A stretch of DNA of 64,000 bases, taken from NCBI GenBank assembly GCA_030390025.1, contig CM059432.1, positions 48,176,001 through 48,240,000 on the forward strand, given 5' to 3'. Below are positions 39,572-51,295 of this stretch, piece by piece; the stretch's first letter is position 1, and every line of letters begins with the position of its first letter. Made by a program: the position numbers and the translations under genes. The stretch is from Squalus acanthias. Lineage: Eukaryota. The notes under the pieces were generated by a model, which was not told the origin of the DNA, made no database searches, and saw nothing but the letters and a program-made list of their open reading frames with translations.

Positions 39572-39910
39572 CTAGAAACAAAACACAATAGGCTCAGTTA
39601 AAGCACATTTGTATCTTAAACACATCAAAACCAAAGAAGTGGAATTCTGGGTCACGTCACACATGTTGACTAGAATATGCTTGATCAAACTCAAGTCTGC
39701 TGATATTTCTGCTAGAGCTGGGCTGTTGCAGGTAGAGTCACTAAACTAACCTCAGATTTGGCTGGCTGATAATGTTGAAAATAACCATTCTTCAGCAGAG
39801 CAATCACAAAGGTACCATGTCCCATTGGAAAAACTCAGGTTTGGTCTTTCTAGCATTAGTTGAGGAAAGCTTTACTTCCATTTTGGTGGCTTATCAAATT
39901 TAGCACATGC

Positions 39911-40452
39911 TACAGAGTTAACATTTCAGGTCTATGACTTTATCATAACTTTATGTTAGAGATGAACAACTTTTAAACAAAAAGAGCAGTGGGGGTAGGT
40001 GAAGAATAGAAGGGAAGGCCTGTGATATGGTGAAGGGCAGGAGTGATTAAGTGATAATGGGACAAGTATAGAAACAAAAGATGGGTTCAGAGGAGGTGTA
40101 AATGGTTACAGCAGGCTAGCAGAGGGGGAAGGAAGCATGGAAAATCCAACTGCCTTTCTTCCACCACATTGCTGGGCTGCAGAGACCTTCCCTTTGCCAA
40201 ATTTACTATACTTGTCTCATTATCACCTCATTTTGCCTTGCACCATCATCCTCCTGCACCCCCCCCCCTCCCCCAGCTCTGCAAGTTGCTTATAGGCTGT
40301 TCATCCAACATCTTCCAGTTCTGATGAGAGGTCATTAACCTGAAACATTAACTTTTGTTTCTCTCGCCACAGATATTGCCTGACCTGCTGTGTTTTTCCA
40401 GCATTTTCTGTTTTTATTTCAGATTTCCAACATCCACAGTATTTTACTTTTA
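39911..40452. mobile_element. Penelope-derived inverted pair with two decayed hammerhead motifs
   Basis: Plus-strand CUGAUGA...GAAAC at 40317-40353 and a minus-strand degenerate copy at 39916-39950; the downstream sequence matches 13220-13290. Confidence 0.6.
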
Positions 40453-41716
40453 GCACTTCCTTGGGTTTGCGAAATAAGAAACTGGTCCATCAAAATTTGG
40501 CAGGCACTAACCAGTCTGTTTCATCTCCAAATTAAGACCTGGGTACTGGATATATTAGAGGGGAAATGTATCAACACTGAGGGTGCATTTACTCAACAAC
40601 TTACACAAGTGAAATTCACAGCAGCTGGGAGATTCAGACCTGAACATCAAATCCCCCAATATATCTGCAGCAAACTCAGGAGTGATTTACTCTCAATTCA
40701 GTGTAAATGCATGCTGAGACTGTCAGACATATTCAGACTAGGAGCACATTAGAGGGCTGGTTTTCCAAAATTTGTACTACTGGTGGGGAACCTCATCCTT
40801 TTTGAAGTCTACTTATTTTGACCAACACTCTCTTGTCCACATCCACAGTATTAAACCAAAAGGGTAGATACTTGGTCAGGAGAGAAATACTTTCAATATA
40901 AAACGTGCCTCACACATGTTTGTTCGTTCACTGAACATTTTTTAAATAAAAGGCTGCTCCACAGCCTGAAGCTCAAGACCAGATGCACTGAACAGACGTC
41001 AGAATTTTTTTTAACTAATGGTAGAAAGGACTTAACTGCCAGTACTCAAGCTTGGTTTAAACACTTCACGCTGTAGCTTACTAACAGATAGTTCCCACTG
41101 GATATTTTTGTGTGTAAACACATGTGACTAAAGCACAGTCAGGCCCAACTAATTAAACAATAACAAAATTCTGCGGATGCTGGAAGTTAACTCTGTTTCT
41201 CTCCACAGATTCTGCCTGACTGGTTGAGTATGTCCAACATTTTTTTTTAATTAATTAACCTAAAAGCTCATCTTCTCATTAGCTCGCCATTTTAAATACC
41301 TCAGATACATTCCACTATCATTAAAGATTGGGATAGGTTTCCTTTCCTTCCTGGATTTAGTGTCTTGATATGACAAGAATGGAATTTTCTTATATATAAC
41401 CAACAGCAAAACTCAGCCAATACTGGCTCAGAATGTGACCTGAAGCATCCAGGAATAAGCATTATTTCATCATGGTAAAAATACTCTTGGAGAATACTTG
41501 TAACTGATCTCAGCTGAGCACATCCACTTTCATAAAAAGTTCGATCTATTCAGGGTTGCCTTTTGCTACAACATTTGTGTTGACAGGTAGGAGTCTGTAG
41601 CAGAACCTGACTAGTGAGAAACAAAAATTATCAGATTTATTTTTTAATAGACTAAATGTGCCTCTCCTGAAAATATATTGTTTTTCTTAGAAGTCCACAC
41701 AAATGCACATTCTTAC

Positions 41717-41835
41717 CTCTGCAGAATAACTTGTTCCATCAAGTATATGTTCACTGCCATGATCATCACAAGCTCCCCAATGAAAGTGAAACTGACGTAG
41801 CCTATATTTTCCACAAAGGGGGCCACCCGTCAGCA
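41717..41835 (-). CDS. Carbonic anhydrase exon 3
   Basis: tgacag|(V)[39 protein letters not shown]|gtaaga; 119 nt; His94, His96, Glu106. Confidence 0.97.
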
Positions 41836-43912
41836 CTGTCATACAAATGAAGAAGTGTCAATGTTGACATTGCAAAACAAGTTATAGTATCAAAGACAGA
41901 CATTCAGTACAATCTAGTTCGATAATTAATTTGCTGTCATATTAAACTATGCATTCATTTCAATCAATAAATGTACATTTATAATGAAGGACAGTAAGCA
42001 GTTTGTGTTTTCAGACCGTGATAAATCATTATTAGACCAATAGTACATAAATTGTCATATATTGTAGCTCCTTGCAAGTGTTTTGATTGTGGACTGAAAT
42101 ACTTAGACGCTGTGCTATCCCTTTCTCAGCCAATAAAATAAAACAGATACCACTTCTAGCCCCATCCCATTATAGAAAAAGAAACAAAAATGACAGGCAG
42201 GAAGACCATCTAGTCCATCAAGGTGTACAGAAGTGGAAATGGATAGGTCTTTCATTATCCACCATGACACCCCAAGCAGCAAAAGACAAACTAAAATGAA
42301 GAATGGGAAACCAAACACTGGAAAGGGTCAAACAGCAGCAGATGACAGAAGCAGCCATACCTTCAAACAGAAGCAAAAGGAAATTTCAACTGAAATTTTC
42401 AGAAACTAGCAGTCTCCCTTTTCCAGCTCCTCTCACTGGCTCCCAGTTTCCCACTTCACTTTGTTTAATTTCAGTTTCCTGGCGCCTTTTCTCTTGCTCC
42501 AGGTCCCCTATCCCACTCCCCAGCTGTTGTAGAACACAGCGGCAGTGGTGGTTGAGCTGGGAACAGATACCGTGCAGTCAGTCAGTGAGCAGGGGACCAG
42601 GAACCAGAGGGAGTGCAGCAGGAGAGTCTAAAACAGAGGAAATCAGGTGAGTGTGCTCCTCCACAGCAAGTTGCAGCATCATATATTGTAATGGTTGCAT
42701 ACAAGCCGATCCAAACTGCATTCAAGTCAGAAGAAAGCACAGGTAGGAGTTTGTATATGTAACTTCATGATAGATATACACACACACACGAAATTTAGGG
42801 ATTAAAAAGTGAAGAATTATCACTCTATACACAAATATAAAGTAGAGCAGAAGATCAAACTGATGCTGTTCTTATTCTTATATACATTGTATATTTTGTA
42901 CCACTGCAAAAAACACTTTGCAGTGATGCAGTATAACTTGGGTATTAAAATGTAGGATTCCAAAACTACCCCATTCTCCCCATTGCCCTGCACCTTCAGG
43001 TATTTTTTCCAGTTTTCCCCTATAGTGTAAATCACACTAGACCATGTGAAAGCACAGAACCAGAAACGGTTATTAATTCCTCAAATCATACACAATTTTC
43101 CTCAAAAATAAATTTAAATCAATCTATTTAATCTCGAAGGAAGTTTTACAACATTTCTCAGTGCTCCCAATGTAAATAAACTATGAATTTACCTTAAAAA
43201 GTAATAAAATGTGCATATCCTTATGGAGTGGGAGATATGAAAGAGGGTAAAAAAAAGACTCTCTGCAATATAGGTTAATCTAGGTCGAGTACGATGACTC
43301 TGCCACCCATTGTTGTAATGTTACAATTTGGTGAAGCAGCCAAGCTTTGCCCTAATTAAAAGGTCCCTTTCTATTGGTTGCAATTTATTTCAATTGCACA
43401 TGGGTCAAATCAGACTACCCAGCCCTGTCACACGAGCCGAGCCTTCAAACTGATCTCTTCCTTTCATTTTAACAGCTCCTCTGGCAATCAAAGCGATTCC
43501 CCCCCACTTAAATTCCCCAATGCAACTCCGACACCGTCAGACCGTCTTTGCATTTCGACCGGGCTGCAATGCAAGTTCTGCCCAAATCTGTTTTAATAAA
43601 CGCAGGGCGCACTCGCCATCCACACCGTTCTTTCCCCCCCCCCCCCCCCCAAAGGCCGGCACCAACAGCACAAGGATTGCACTTTACGAAAGGTGGAATT
43701 TCCCCATCTGCTCGACTTTTAGAGTATTTGTAAACTACTTTCCACGAGTGTAATTCTAGTGTGAAATATACAACGGCGGGTCCCCTCGCCCCAAGACTCA
43801 TACCTGCAAAAGCCTTTCACTTCCTACCAAATCCACAGCAGCAGCCAACATTCATAATAAAAGGCTGGAGGGGCAATCATCTCATCCAACTTACAACATG
43901 CTCTTTACTCAC

Positions 43913-44113
43913 CTGATCGGTCTGAGCCATCCTCGTAGTCCACCTGCACCGAGGAGCCGGTGTTGGTGAGGCTTTTTGCGCTGGATGCATCGTAACTGAG
44001 AGTCAGCGGCTTCAGGCTCGAGTCGTACTTGGTTTCCGCATTCTTGAGCTCGATGGGTGACTGGCGGGAACCTTCCTTCGCTATGGGAAACTGTTCGTGC
44101 CAATGGGATGGAC
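43913..44113 (-). CDS. Carbonic anhydrase exon 2
   Basis: ctgcag|(G)PSHWHEQFPIAKEGSRQSPIELKNAETKYDSSLKPLTLSYDASSAKSLTNTGSSVQVDYEDGSDRS|gtgagt; 201 nt, phase 1-1. Confidence 0.97.
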
Positions 44114-44663
44114 CTGCAGCATGAAATAAGAGCCGGGTAATCTAAACCCACCAAGGTCCATTGCACCTTCTTAAAAGGCTGCAGCAGGAGTGGAGGGGAG
44201 GAGGGTTTCGTTTCTGCAAACGGAAAGCTGATACTTTTTTTATGGTCGTGCATTGCAAATCTGACAGCAAGTCATTTGCATCAAGTGTAGCTTAGAAATG
44301 CAGGGGAACGAGGAAAGGCTGCCTGAAATAATTATTTTCCTTCCAGCAATGATTAATCTTAAACCAGATAACCTTTTACCTATGATGACAAGCTGCAGAA
44401 ATAACTTGTTTAAGCAGTTTTAGAAAGCCACTCTTGTGAAAGCTTTAAAAAACAACTATAAAGCCCAGCATATCACGAGAGATTGCATTGCAACTCGTTG
44501 CACTCTTCCTTCAATGTAAAACGTCCCCGTGCCTGGAGCCGGGGCTTGGGCTGAGCGGACTGTGGCAGGGTCACCAGTTACAGGCTGCAGCAACCCGGCT
44601 CTGTCCCGGGAGGGGAGAAGTTGTGCCCCGGGCCAGCACCCTAACACTGCGAGCAAATCTCAC

Positions 44664-44700
44664 CGTTTTTCGATCCATAGCCCCAGCCGCATCCCGCCAT
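44664..44700 (-). CDS. Carbonic anhydrase exon 1 (coding part); whole gene 260 aa, CA1/2/3/13-type, exact ortholog not assigned
   Basis: gcggcgATGG Kozak context; MAGCGWGYGSKN+G|gtgaga; WGY motif; no signal peptide. Confidence 0.95.
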
Positions 44701-44800
44701 CGCCGCAGCTCCTAAATCCGGACGTCAAGCGCGATCCCTGGATGTGTCGGTCTGATGACTGAAGCCGATATCTTGTCGGGAGGGTTGGCGCTGAACCAGC

Positions 44801-44920
44801 TTTTATAGGTTGCACGGTTCCCTATCATTGGATCAGCGGGCTTTGATGTCCCTTATGTCACCAATAGTAATGCAAAAGGAGGACGAGTGAGGAGGAGGGG
44901 AGGGGAGGGGAGGGGGCTGT
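44801..44920 (-). promoter_or_regulatory. Carbonic anhydrase proximal promoter
   Basis: Minus-strand TATAAAA at 44801-44807, TGATAG at 44822-44827 overlapping CCAAT at 44827-44831, second CCAAT (+) at 44861, (CCCCT)n tract at about 44890-44916. Confidence 0.75.
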
Positions 44921-45599
44921 GGTGAGGCTGAGAAACGTGCACCTTTTTTTTTTGCATTACGTGTCTTCCCCCGGCTTGCTGGCAGAGTTTGTTGCAAAAG
45001 CTGTGGGTCCCAACCACCCGCAGGCACTTACTGCACCAGCCCGGGTGGGGAGGGGGCTTCATGTCTGAACATATCCGAGGGGCTATACCCGCCGCATTTG
45101 CATTGAGTTGACATCTGCATGCAACCTCCTCCGACTGCCCAGCAGCACTGTGATGATCCGACCTAGATCTGTGCAGCAACCCACCTGGTACAGGGGACCC
45201 GCAACAAATGCAAAAGTGCACTTTCCTGGAATGTTGATGGCGAATCGAAATCTTCTTGTTGCCACGGTTTACATGTCCAATCCGAACTGCATCTTCTACT
45301 TCACCTTAGGCTGATAGTTTTGATTTCGGAGAGGTTATTTTTTTTTGTACATCGCATTCCCTGTTTACTGTGTTAACATTGCAGTACAAGATTCGGTAAT
45401 AATGGGAGTTTTTGTTTCTTAATCATCAGCTAATAGGTGATTATGAATCCCTAAATAGTTCATGATATAATCTTATTTCCAACCATTCTCTTTTGAGTTG
45501 AACTGTCTGTACCTACAAATGATCTGAATGAGGCATATAGGATCTGTCATGCTTTATTACATAGTGTACTCTTTTGGATTGGACAGAAACCAAATTAGC

Positions 45600-46255
45600 T
45601 GTAAATCAAATTAAAATTTCAAATGAGACTTAATAAATCAAATTAAAATTTGGTTGTCTGGGGTGACGATGCACTCCAGTCCCCGCGGCGCCCACCGGTC
45701 GCGGAAAAACTCAAGCGTGCCGGCGGACACCGCGTGCTCCATCTCCAGGGCCACCCGGGCGCGAACATGGCCGCGGAAGAGAGGCAGGCAATCGGGCCGA
45801 ACGACCCCCTCGACCACCCGCTGCCTGGACCAATTAATGGCCTTCTTGGCCAGGCCCAGGAGCAGTCCCACGAGGAGGTCCTCCGACCTGCCCGCTCCCC
45901 TCCGCACCGGGTGACCGTAGATCAGGAGCGTGGGGCTGAAGTGCAACCAGAAATTGAGGAGCAGCCCCTTCAAATAATGAAAGAGGGGCTGCAACCTCTC
46001 ACATTCAATATAAATGTGGAAAACGGACTCCTCCAGGCCGCAGAAATGACAAGCAGCCTGGGAGTCCGTAAACCTGTTTAGAACCCTATTGCACGGGACT
46101 GCTCCATGCAACACCCTCCAGGCCAAGTCCCCAATAGAACAAGGGAAGACTCCCGCGTAGAGAGCCCTCCATTGGGGACCTTCGCCTCCGCCGGACGGCA
46201 GGATGGTACGCCAAGGCTTGTCCGGACGGCAGACGAAGATGGTAAAGCGTGCAGC
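45600..46255 (-). mobile_element. Tx1/L1-clade LINE 3' fragment (zf-RVT)
   Basis: WRVLHGAVPCN...CHFCGLEESVFHIYIECERL. Confidence 0.88.
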
Positions 46256-46306
46256 TTTGGATGCACTGGGTATTAGTAGTATTTACATCCACAAGCCTAA
46301 CAGTAA

Positions 46307-46468
46307 GTGTCCGCTGGCACGCTCGAGGCCTTCCGCGACCGGTGGGCACCGCAGGGACTGGAGTGCATCATCATCCCCGGAAACCAAATTTTAATTTCAT
46401 TTGTTAAGTTTCATTTGATGTATTTTTGTTAAGTTACAGTTTTTTGTTTATCGATCGCACCAAAAGAG
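46307..46468 (+). mobile_element. Very short Tx1-type 3' end with 15-bp TSD
   Basis: CAAGCCTAACAGTAA at 46292-46306 and 46469-46483; sequence is an inverted homolog of 45630-45732. Confidence 0.8.
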
Positions 46469-46523
46469 CAAGCCTAACAGTAAACGTTTAGAAAGAACTA
46501 CTTGCCAATTTTGTGGGCTCTAA

Positions 46524-47325
46524 GGCGCCGCTCGAGAACTTAACTTGAGATTGTGCGGCGGCGCTAAAACTTACCGCTGCGACCACCTGCGCGCGCAGAT
46601 TGTGACGTCATTCCATGGTGCAACGCCCTTGGGGCGCCCCGTAGCGGAAATTGAGTGGCGCCCCCTGCCTTACCGCCTGGCGCTTCCAACGACCAGAAGA
46701 CTGGAACGCTATCAATCACTGTGGGGCTGGGGGGGGGGCGCTATTTAAAGGGGGCCTCTTCCTGTCTTTTATTGTTGGTGGCATTTTTGAACTACGCATT
46801 CTGAGAGAGAGAGGGAGAGACTTCTGGAGAGATTCAACGTTGTGTGAAGGAGTTTTGGGTACTGAGCAGCACTTTGCAGGTTCATTTTGATTTGCCATTC
46901 CTTGTATCGATTTAGCAGAGACCGTGGGAGCTGCACTCTGAGCTCTTTGCCTGGTGCTCTCCATTGTTCTTTCCAGCACATTTGATGTGCAAGTCTCTCC
47001 AGGCCGAGATTCAAGGCAGCAATGAACAGGATGTGGATGGAAAGCAAGATTAACCATCCCCTTTAAGAACTGGCCCGTGCCATTGTGTGTGTGTTCCATT
47101 GCTGACTGACATTACATGAGCTTCGCCAGCGCTCCGAGTTAGCGCCTCACTGCTCGGCCTTTGCGCCTTAAGAGAGGTGTGCAGCGCCTGCTTTAGCGCT
47201 CCATTCACCTCCCGGGGCGGTAAAAGTGAAGTTTCCCGTCAGTGCCGATAATTAGCGCCAGGCGCTAATATTTGTGTCCGGACGATATTTGCGCCCCAAA
47301 TGGGGCGCGACCTAATTTCTACCCC
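46524..47325 (-). mobile_element. Harbinger-derived MITE, copy 2 (one end missing)
   Basis: Near-identical to copies 1 and 3 but lacking about 95 bp of one end; TAA on both sides. Confidence 0.9.
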
Positions 47326-47389
47326 TAAGTGTTTAAAAAGTGAAAGGTGGCACTGGATGAATTTTGTCATACTGAATAGAGGTTGGTGT

Positions 47390-48650
47390 ACAACAACAAC
47401 AAAAACTTGTATTTATATAGCGCCTTTAATGTAGTAAAACGTCCTAAGGCACTTCACAGGCGTATTATAAGACAAAAAATTTGACACCAAGCCACATAAG
47501 GAGAAATTAGGGCAGGTGACCAAAAGCTTGGTCAAAGAGGTAGGTTTTAAGGAGTGTCTTAAAGCAGGAAAGAGAGGCAGAGAGGTTTAGGCAGGGAATT
47601 CCAGAGCTTAGGGCCTAGGCAACAGAAGGCACGGCCACCAATGGTTGAGCGATTATAATCAGGGATGCTCAAGAGGGCAGAATTAGAGGAGTGCAGATAT
47701 CTCAGGGGATTGTGGGGCTGAAGGAGATTACAGAGATAGGGAGGTGCGAGGCCATGGAGGGATTTGAAAACAAGGATGAGAATTTTGAAATCGAGGCGTT
47801 GCTTAACCGGGAGCCAATGTAGGTCAACGAGCACAGGGGTGATGGGCGAACGGGACTTGGTGCGAGTTAGGACACAGGCAGCCGAGTTTTGGATGACCTC
47901 AAGTTTACGTAGGGTAGAATGTGGGAGGCCAGCCAGGAGTGCATTGGAATAGTTAAGTCTAGAAGTAACAAAGGCATGGATGAGGGTTTCAGCAGCGGAT
48001 CAGCTGAGGCAAGGGCAGAGACGGGCAATGTTACGGAGGTGGAAATAGGCATTCTTAGTTATGCTGTGGATATGTGGTCGGAAGCTCATTTCATGACACC
48101 AAGGTTGCGAACAGTGTGGTTCAGCCTCAGACAGATGTTAGGGAGAGGGATGGAGTCAGTGGCTAGGGAACGGAGTTTGTGGCTGGGACCGAAAACAATG
48201 GCTTCGGTCTTCCCAATATTTAATTGGAGAAATTGCTGCTCATCCACAACTGTATGTTGGACAAGCAGTCTGACAATTTAGAGACCGTGGAGGGGTCGAG
48301 AGAAGAGGTAGTGAGGTAGAGCTGGGTGTCGTCAGCGTACATGTGGAAACTGACGCTGTGTTTTCGGATGATGTCGCCAAGGGGCAACATGTAGATGAGA
48401 AATAGGAGGGGGCCAAGGATAGATCCTTGGGGGACACCAGAGGTAACGATGCGGGAGCAGGAAGAGAAGCCATTGCAGGTGATTCTCTGGCTACGATTAG
48501 ATAGATAAGAATGGAACCAGGCGAGTGCAGTCCCACCCAGCTGGAGTGGTCAACCTTGTCAAAGGCTGCAGACAAGTCAAGAAGGACGAGGAAGGACAGT
48601 TTAACTTTGTCACAGTCACAAATATGTCATTTGTGACTAATGAGAGCCGT
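47390..48650 (-). mobile_element. L2 LINE RT/3' fragment
   Basis: DLSAAFD, GVPQGSILGP and YADDTQLY-type coding, LHWLPVKQRLDFKILIL; (TTG)n tail. Confidence 0.9.
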
Positions 48651-49269
48651 GTAGATAACAGTTCGTCGTTTGCGTAATCGCCTTTTTGAGATAGGTTTTC
48701 CTAGGTTCACTAGTAAATCATTTACTGACCATGCTTATTTATTATGCGCAAACAATCATTTAAATAAACTGCCATCCACTGATGACTTGACAACCATAAG
48801 CCATTACTTTACTGCCATCTAGAGGGAAATGTTAATACAGTGATGAAGTTTTGAGTGTGTCGATAGAGGCTATGATGCGGAGTGGGGTGGACAAAAGTGA
48901 GAAGTCGCACAACACCAGGTTATAGGTCACTAAGCGTAAACTGCCTCACAGCACAACAACCCACCCATTGACCATGAGGGTTAATGACCCCAACCAATAT
49001 GACCACTAGTATGCAGTGCCTTCTATCTCTGTCCCTAGGCCTAACTAATCCCCTGAAATGGCATAGCTCAGCCCCTTGGCCCGCACTGCTCCCAGCACAA
49101 CCAGTCATGCCAAGAAACTGGATGTATCAATATACTCCTCTCACAAGCACCATGCAATCCAAATGTGTAATGGCTTCATAACATATATATGTGAACAATA
49201 ACATAAACAGCAGTCAACATGACTTCAGAGAGGGAAGGTCCAACCTGACAACCTCCTAAACCCTGCAAT

Positions 49270-50000
49270 GTTGTGTACCTAAAAGGCATTTGACAAATTT
49301 CCACATGAAAGGCCTTTAGTTAAGCTCAAAGCTGCAGAGTTTCAGGATAAATCTTCGGAATAGATAAGAAATTGGCTGAAGGGTAGAAAACAATGGGTAC
49401 TAGTGTGGCCCAGTGTTGGGACTACTGTTTCGAATTTATATTGATGACTTGGATTCAAAAACTCAATGCAAATTAATTAAATTTGTAGATGATATTAAAC
49501 TAGGAGGGTGAGTGAAAATGAAGGAGGAAGTTTAGCAATTACAGAATGGGTTGGGCAAAATATGTATGTGGGCAAAACAATGAGAGATTAAATTTAATAT
49601 TACCAAATGTAAGTATTGCACATAGGAAGGAAAAATGGGTGAGACATACTCGAAGAATGGTCTTGAAATAGCTAAGGAAGAAGTTGTAAGAGCCCTAAAG
49701 GAGTCTTAATAGACTCGATGCTCAACATATCCAATCAATGCAGAGCAGTAATCAACAAAGCCAGTCAGGTAGTCTTTCCTAGTAAAAGGGAAATTTATGA
49801 CTGATATATCAAAATGTCCTTCATATTATGAGTGATCAACATATGGAATAATCTTCCAAATACAGTAGTGGAGGTGAGAATCCTGGAATCATTTAAGAGA
49901 CAGCTAGATACTGAAATGGAGGGGACGGTAAGGTCTTTCTGGATGGATGAATTGAAATTGATGACTGGCTTTCCTCATCTGTAATCATCTTGTGAATGTA
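49270..50000 (+). mobile_element. Old CR1 RT fragment
   Basis: KAFDKFPH and IKFVDDIKL remnants with many stops. Confidence 0.7.
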
Positions 50001-50629
50001 CAATTAAATGGCTTCATAAAATATATATGTGAAAGAATACTTTTGAGAATTTAATTTAAAAAATCACATGTTGCTTTTCTTAACTTAGGGCACAAGCTCC
50101 CTTTAATAGAATCATCAGATACCCCAGAACATCTCGTACCCAGTGAAACCCAGTATAATTTGTGAATCTTCCTTGTCACATAATCCTCAGACTGGAGCCT
50201 TTTCTCTGTAACTCTGCAATCGCAGTTGGTGTGCAGCTCTCTCTCTTCGTGGTTCAGTTATAATACACCTACCGGTTTGACACATCTGTTGGATTTGTGG
50301 GCCTTGCTTTGTGGAATGCTTAAGTGTTTGGTGGGGTTGATGACCCAGTGAATTTTTGCACCTGCTGGTTGACAGTTGGTTAATTAGATTTTGTGACATT
50401 TATTGTAACAGTAAGATACGAAGTGTACTGAGAGTAACAATCTTTTGATCCATTTGATACAAGGCACCTGGCATTAGGCAGGGGGAGGTCCTCTGTTTAT
50501 CTCTTTTACTATAGAATAGCTTCAGGGGTAGGACAGAATGATACTTTCAAAACATTAAATAAAAATAATAAATTAATTAGAGTGAGTAAATAGAAATCAT
50601 TCAATAAACAATAACTTGAAAAGAATTTC

Positions 50630-50950
50630 TATTTATCGCGAGAGACGCGATTTCGAAGTAAAATTAAGCCTCACTCATGATCTCACGATAGAACTGTCAA
50701 ATCTCACAATCTTTTTTCTCCCCTCGCAAAGCTGACCGCGCTCACCTTGTGATGACAGTAACCAGTTAGTGACGGCCGAATGCGCTTCCTGTCTGGAAGC
50801 AAAGATCGCGGAATGCACTTCCTGTCCGGGAGCAAAGGTTGGCGAGGGGTCGGGACAGGACAAGGCCTCAGCCTCACAGGTTGGGAGGGGGACGGCGGGG
50901 CCGCCTACGAAACGCTGCCGTCTGTTGGGACTCGGTGACTCGTGTAAGTG
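50630..50950 (+). promoter_or_regulatory. CpG-rich housekeeping-type promoter, possibly with a non-coding first exon
   Basis: TATCGCGAGA (BANP-type motif) at 50634-50643 plus degenerate copies, two ETS-like CTTCCTGT sites, donor-like GTAAGT at 50944. Confidence 0.6.
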
Positions 50951-50984
50951 TAGGGTCTGTGGCTTGGTGTTTGTGAATTCAAGA

Positions 50985-51295
50985 GAACAGTGGCATAGTG
51001 GTTATGTTACTGGACTAGTAATCCAGAGACATAAGTTCAAATCTCACGATGGCAGTTGGGGAATATAAATTCAGTTAATTAAATAAATCTGGAGATAAAA
51101 GCTAGTATCAATAATGGTGACAATGAAACTACAGGATTGTCATAAAAACCCATCTGGTCCACTAATGTCCTTTAGGGAAGGAAATCTGCTGCCCTTACCC
51201 GGTCTGGCCTATATGTGACTCCAGACACACACACAGCAATGTGGTTGACTCTTAACTGCCCTCTGAAATGGCTGAGCAAGCCACTCAGTTGCCAA
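50985..51295 (+). mobile_element. tRNA-derived SINE (family not assigned)
   Basis: A-box TGGCATAGTGG and B-box GTTCAAATC followed by a SINE body. Confidence 0.7.

Noticed and set aside
42540..42652. Antisense exon ending CAG|GTGAGT in CA intron 2
   Set aside because: Only a donor motif; may be a repeat 5' end, and nothing else supports it.
43909..44253. 114-aa ORF from the track
   Set aside because: Wrong reading frame over CA exon 2 and intron 1.
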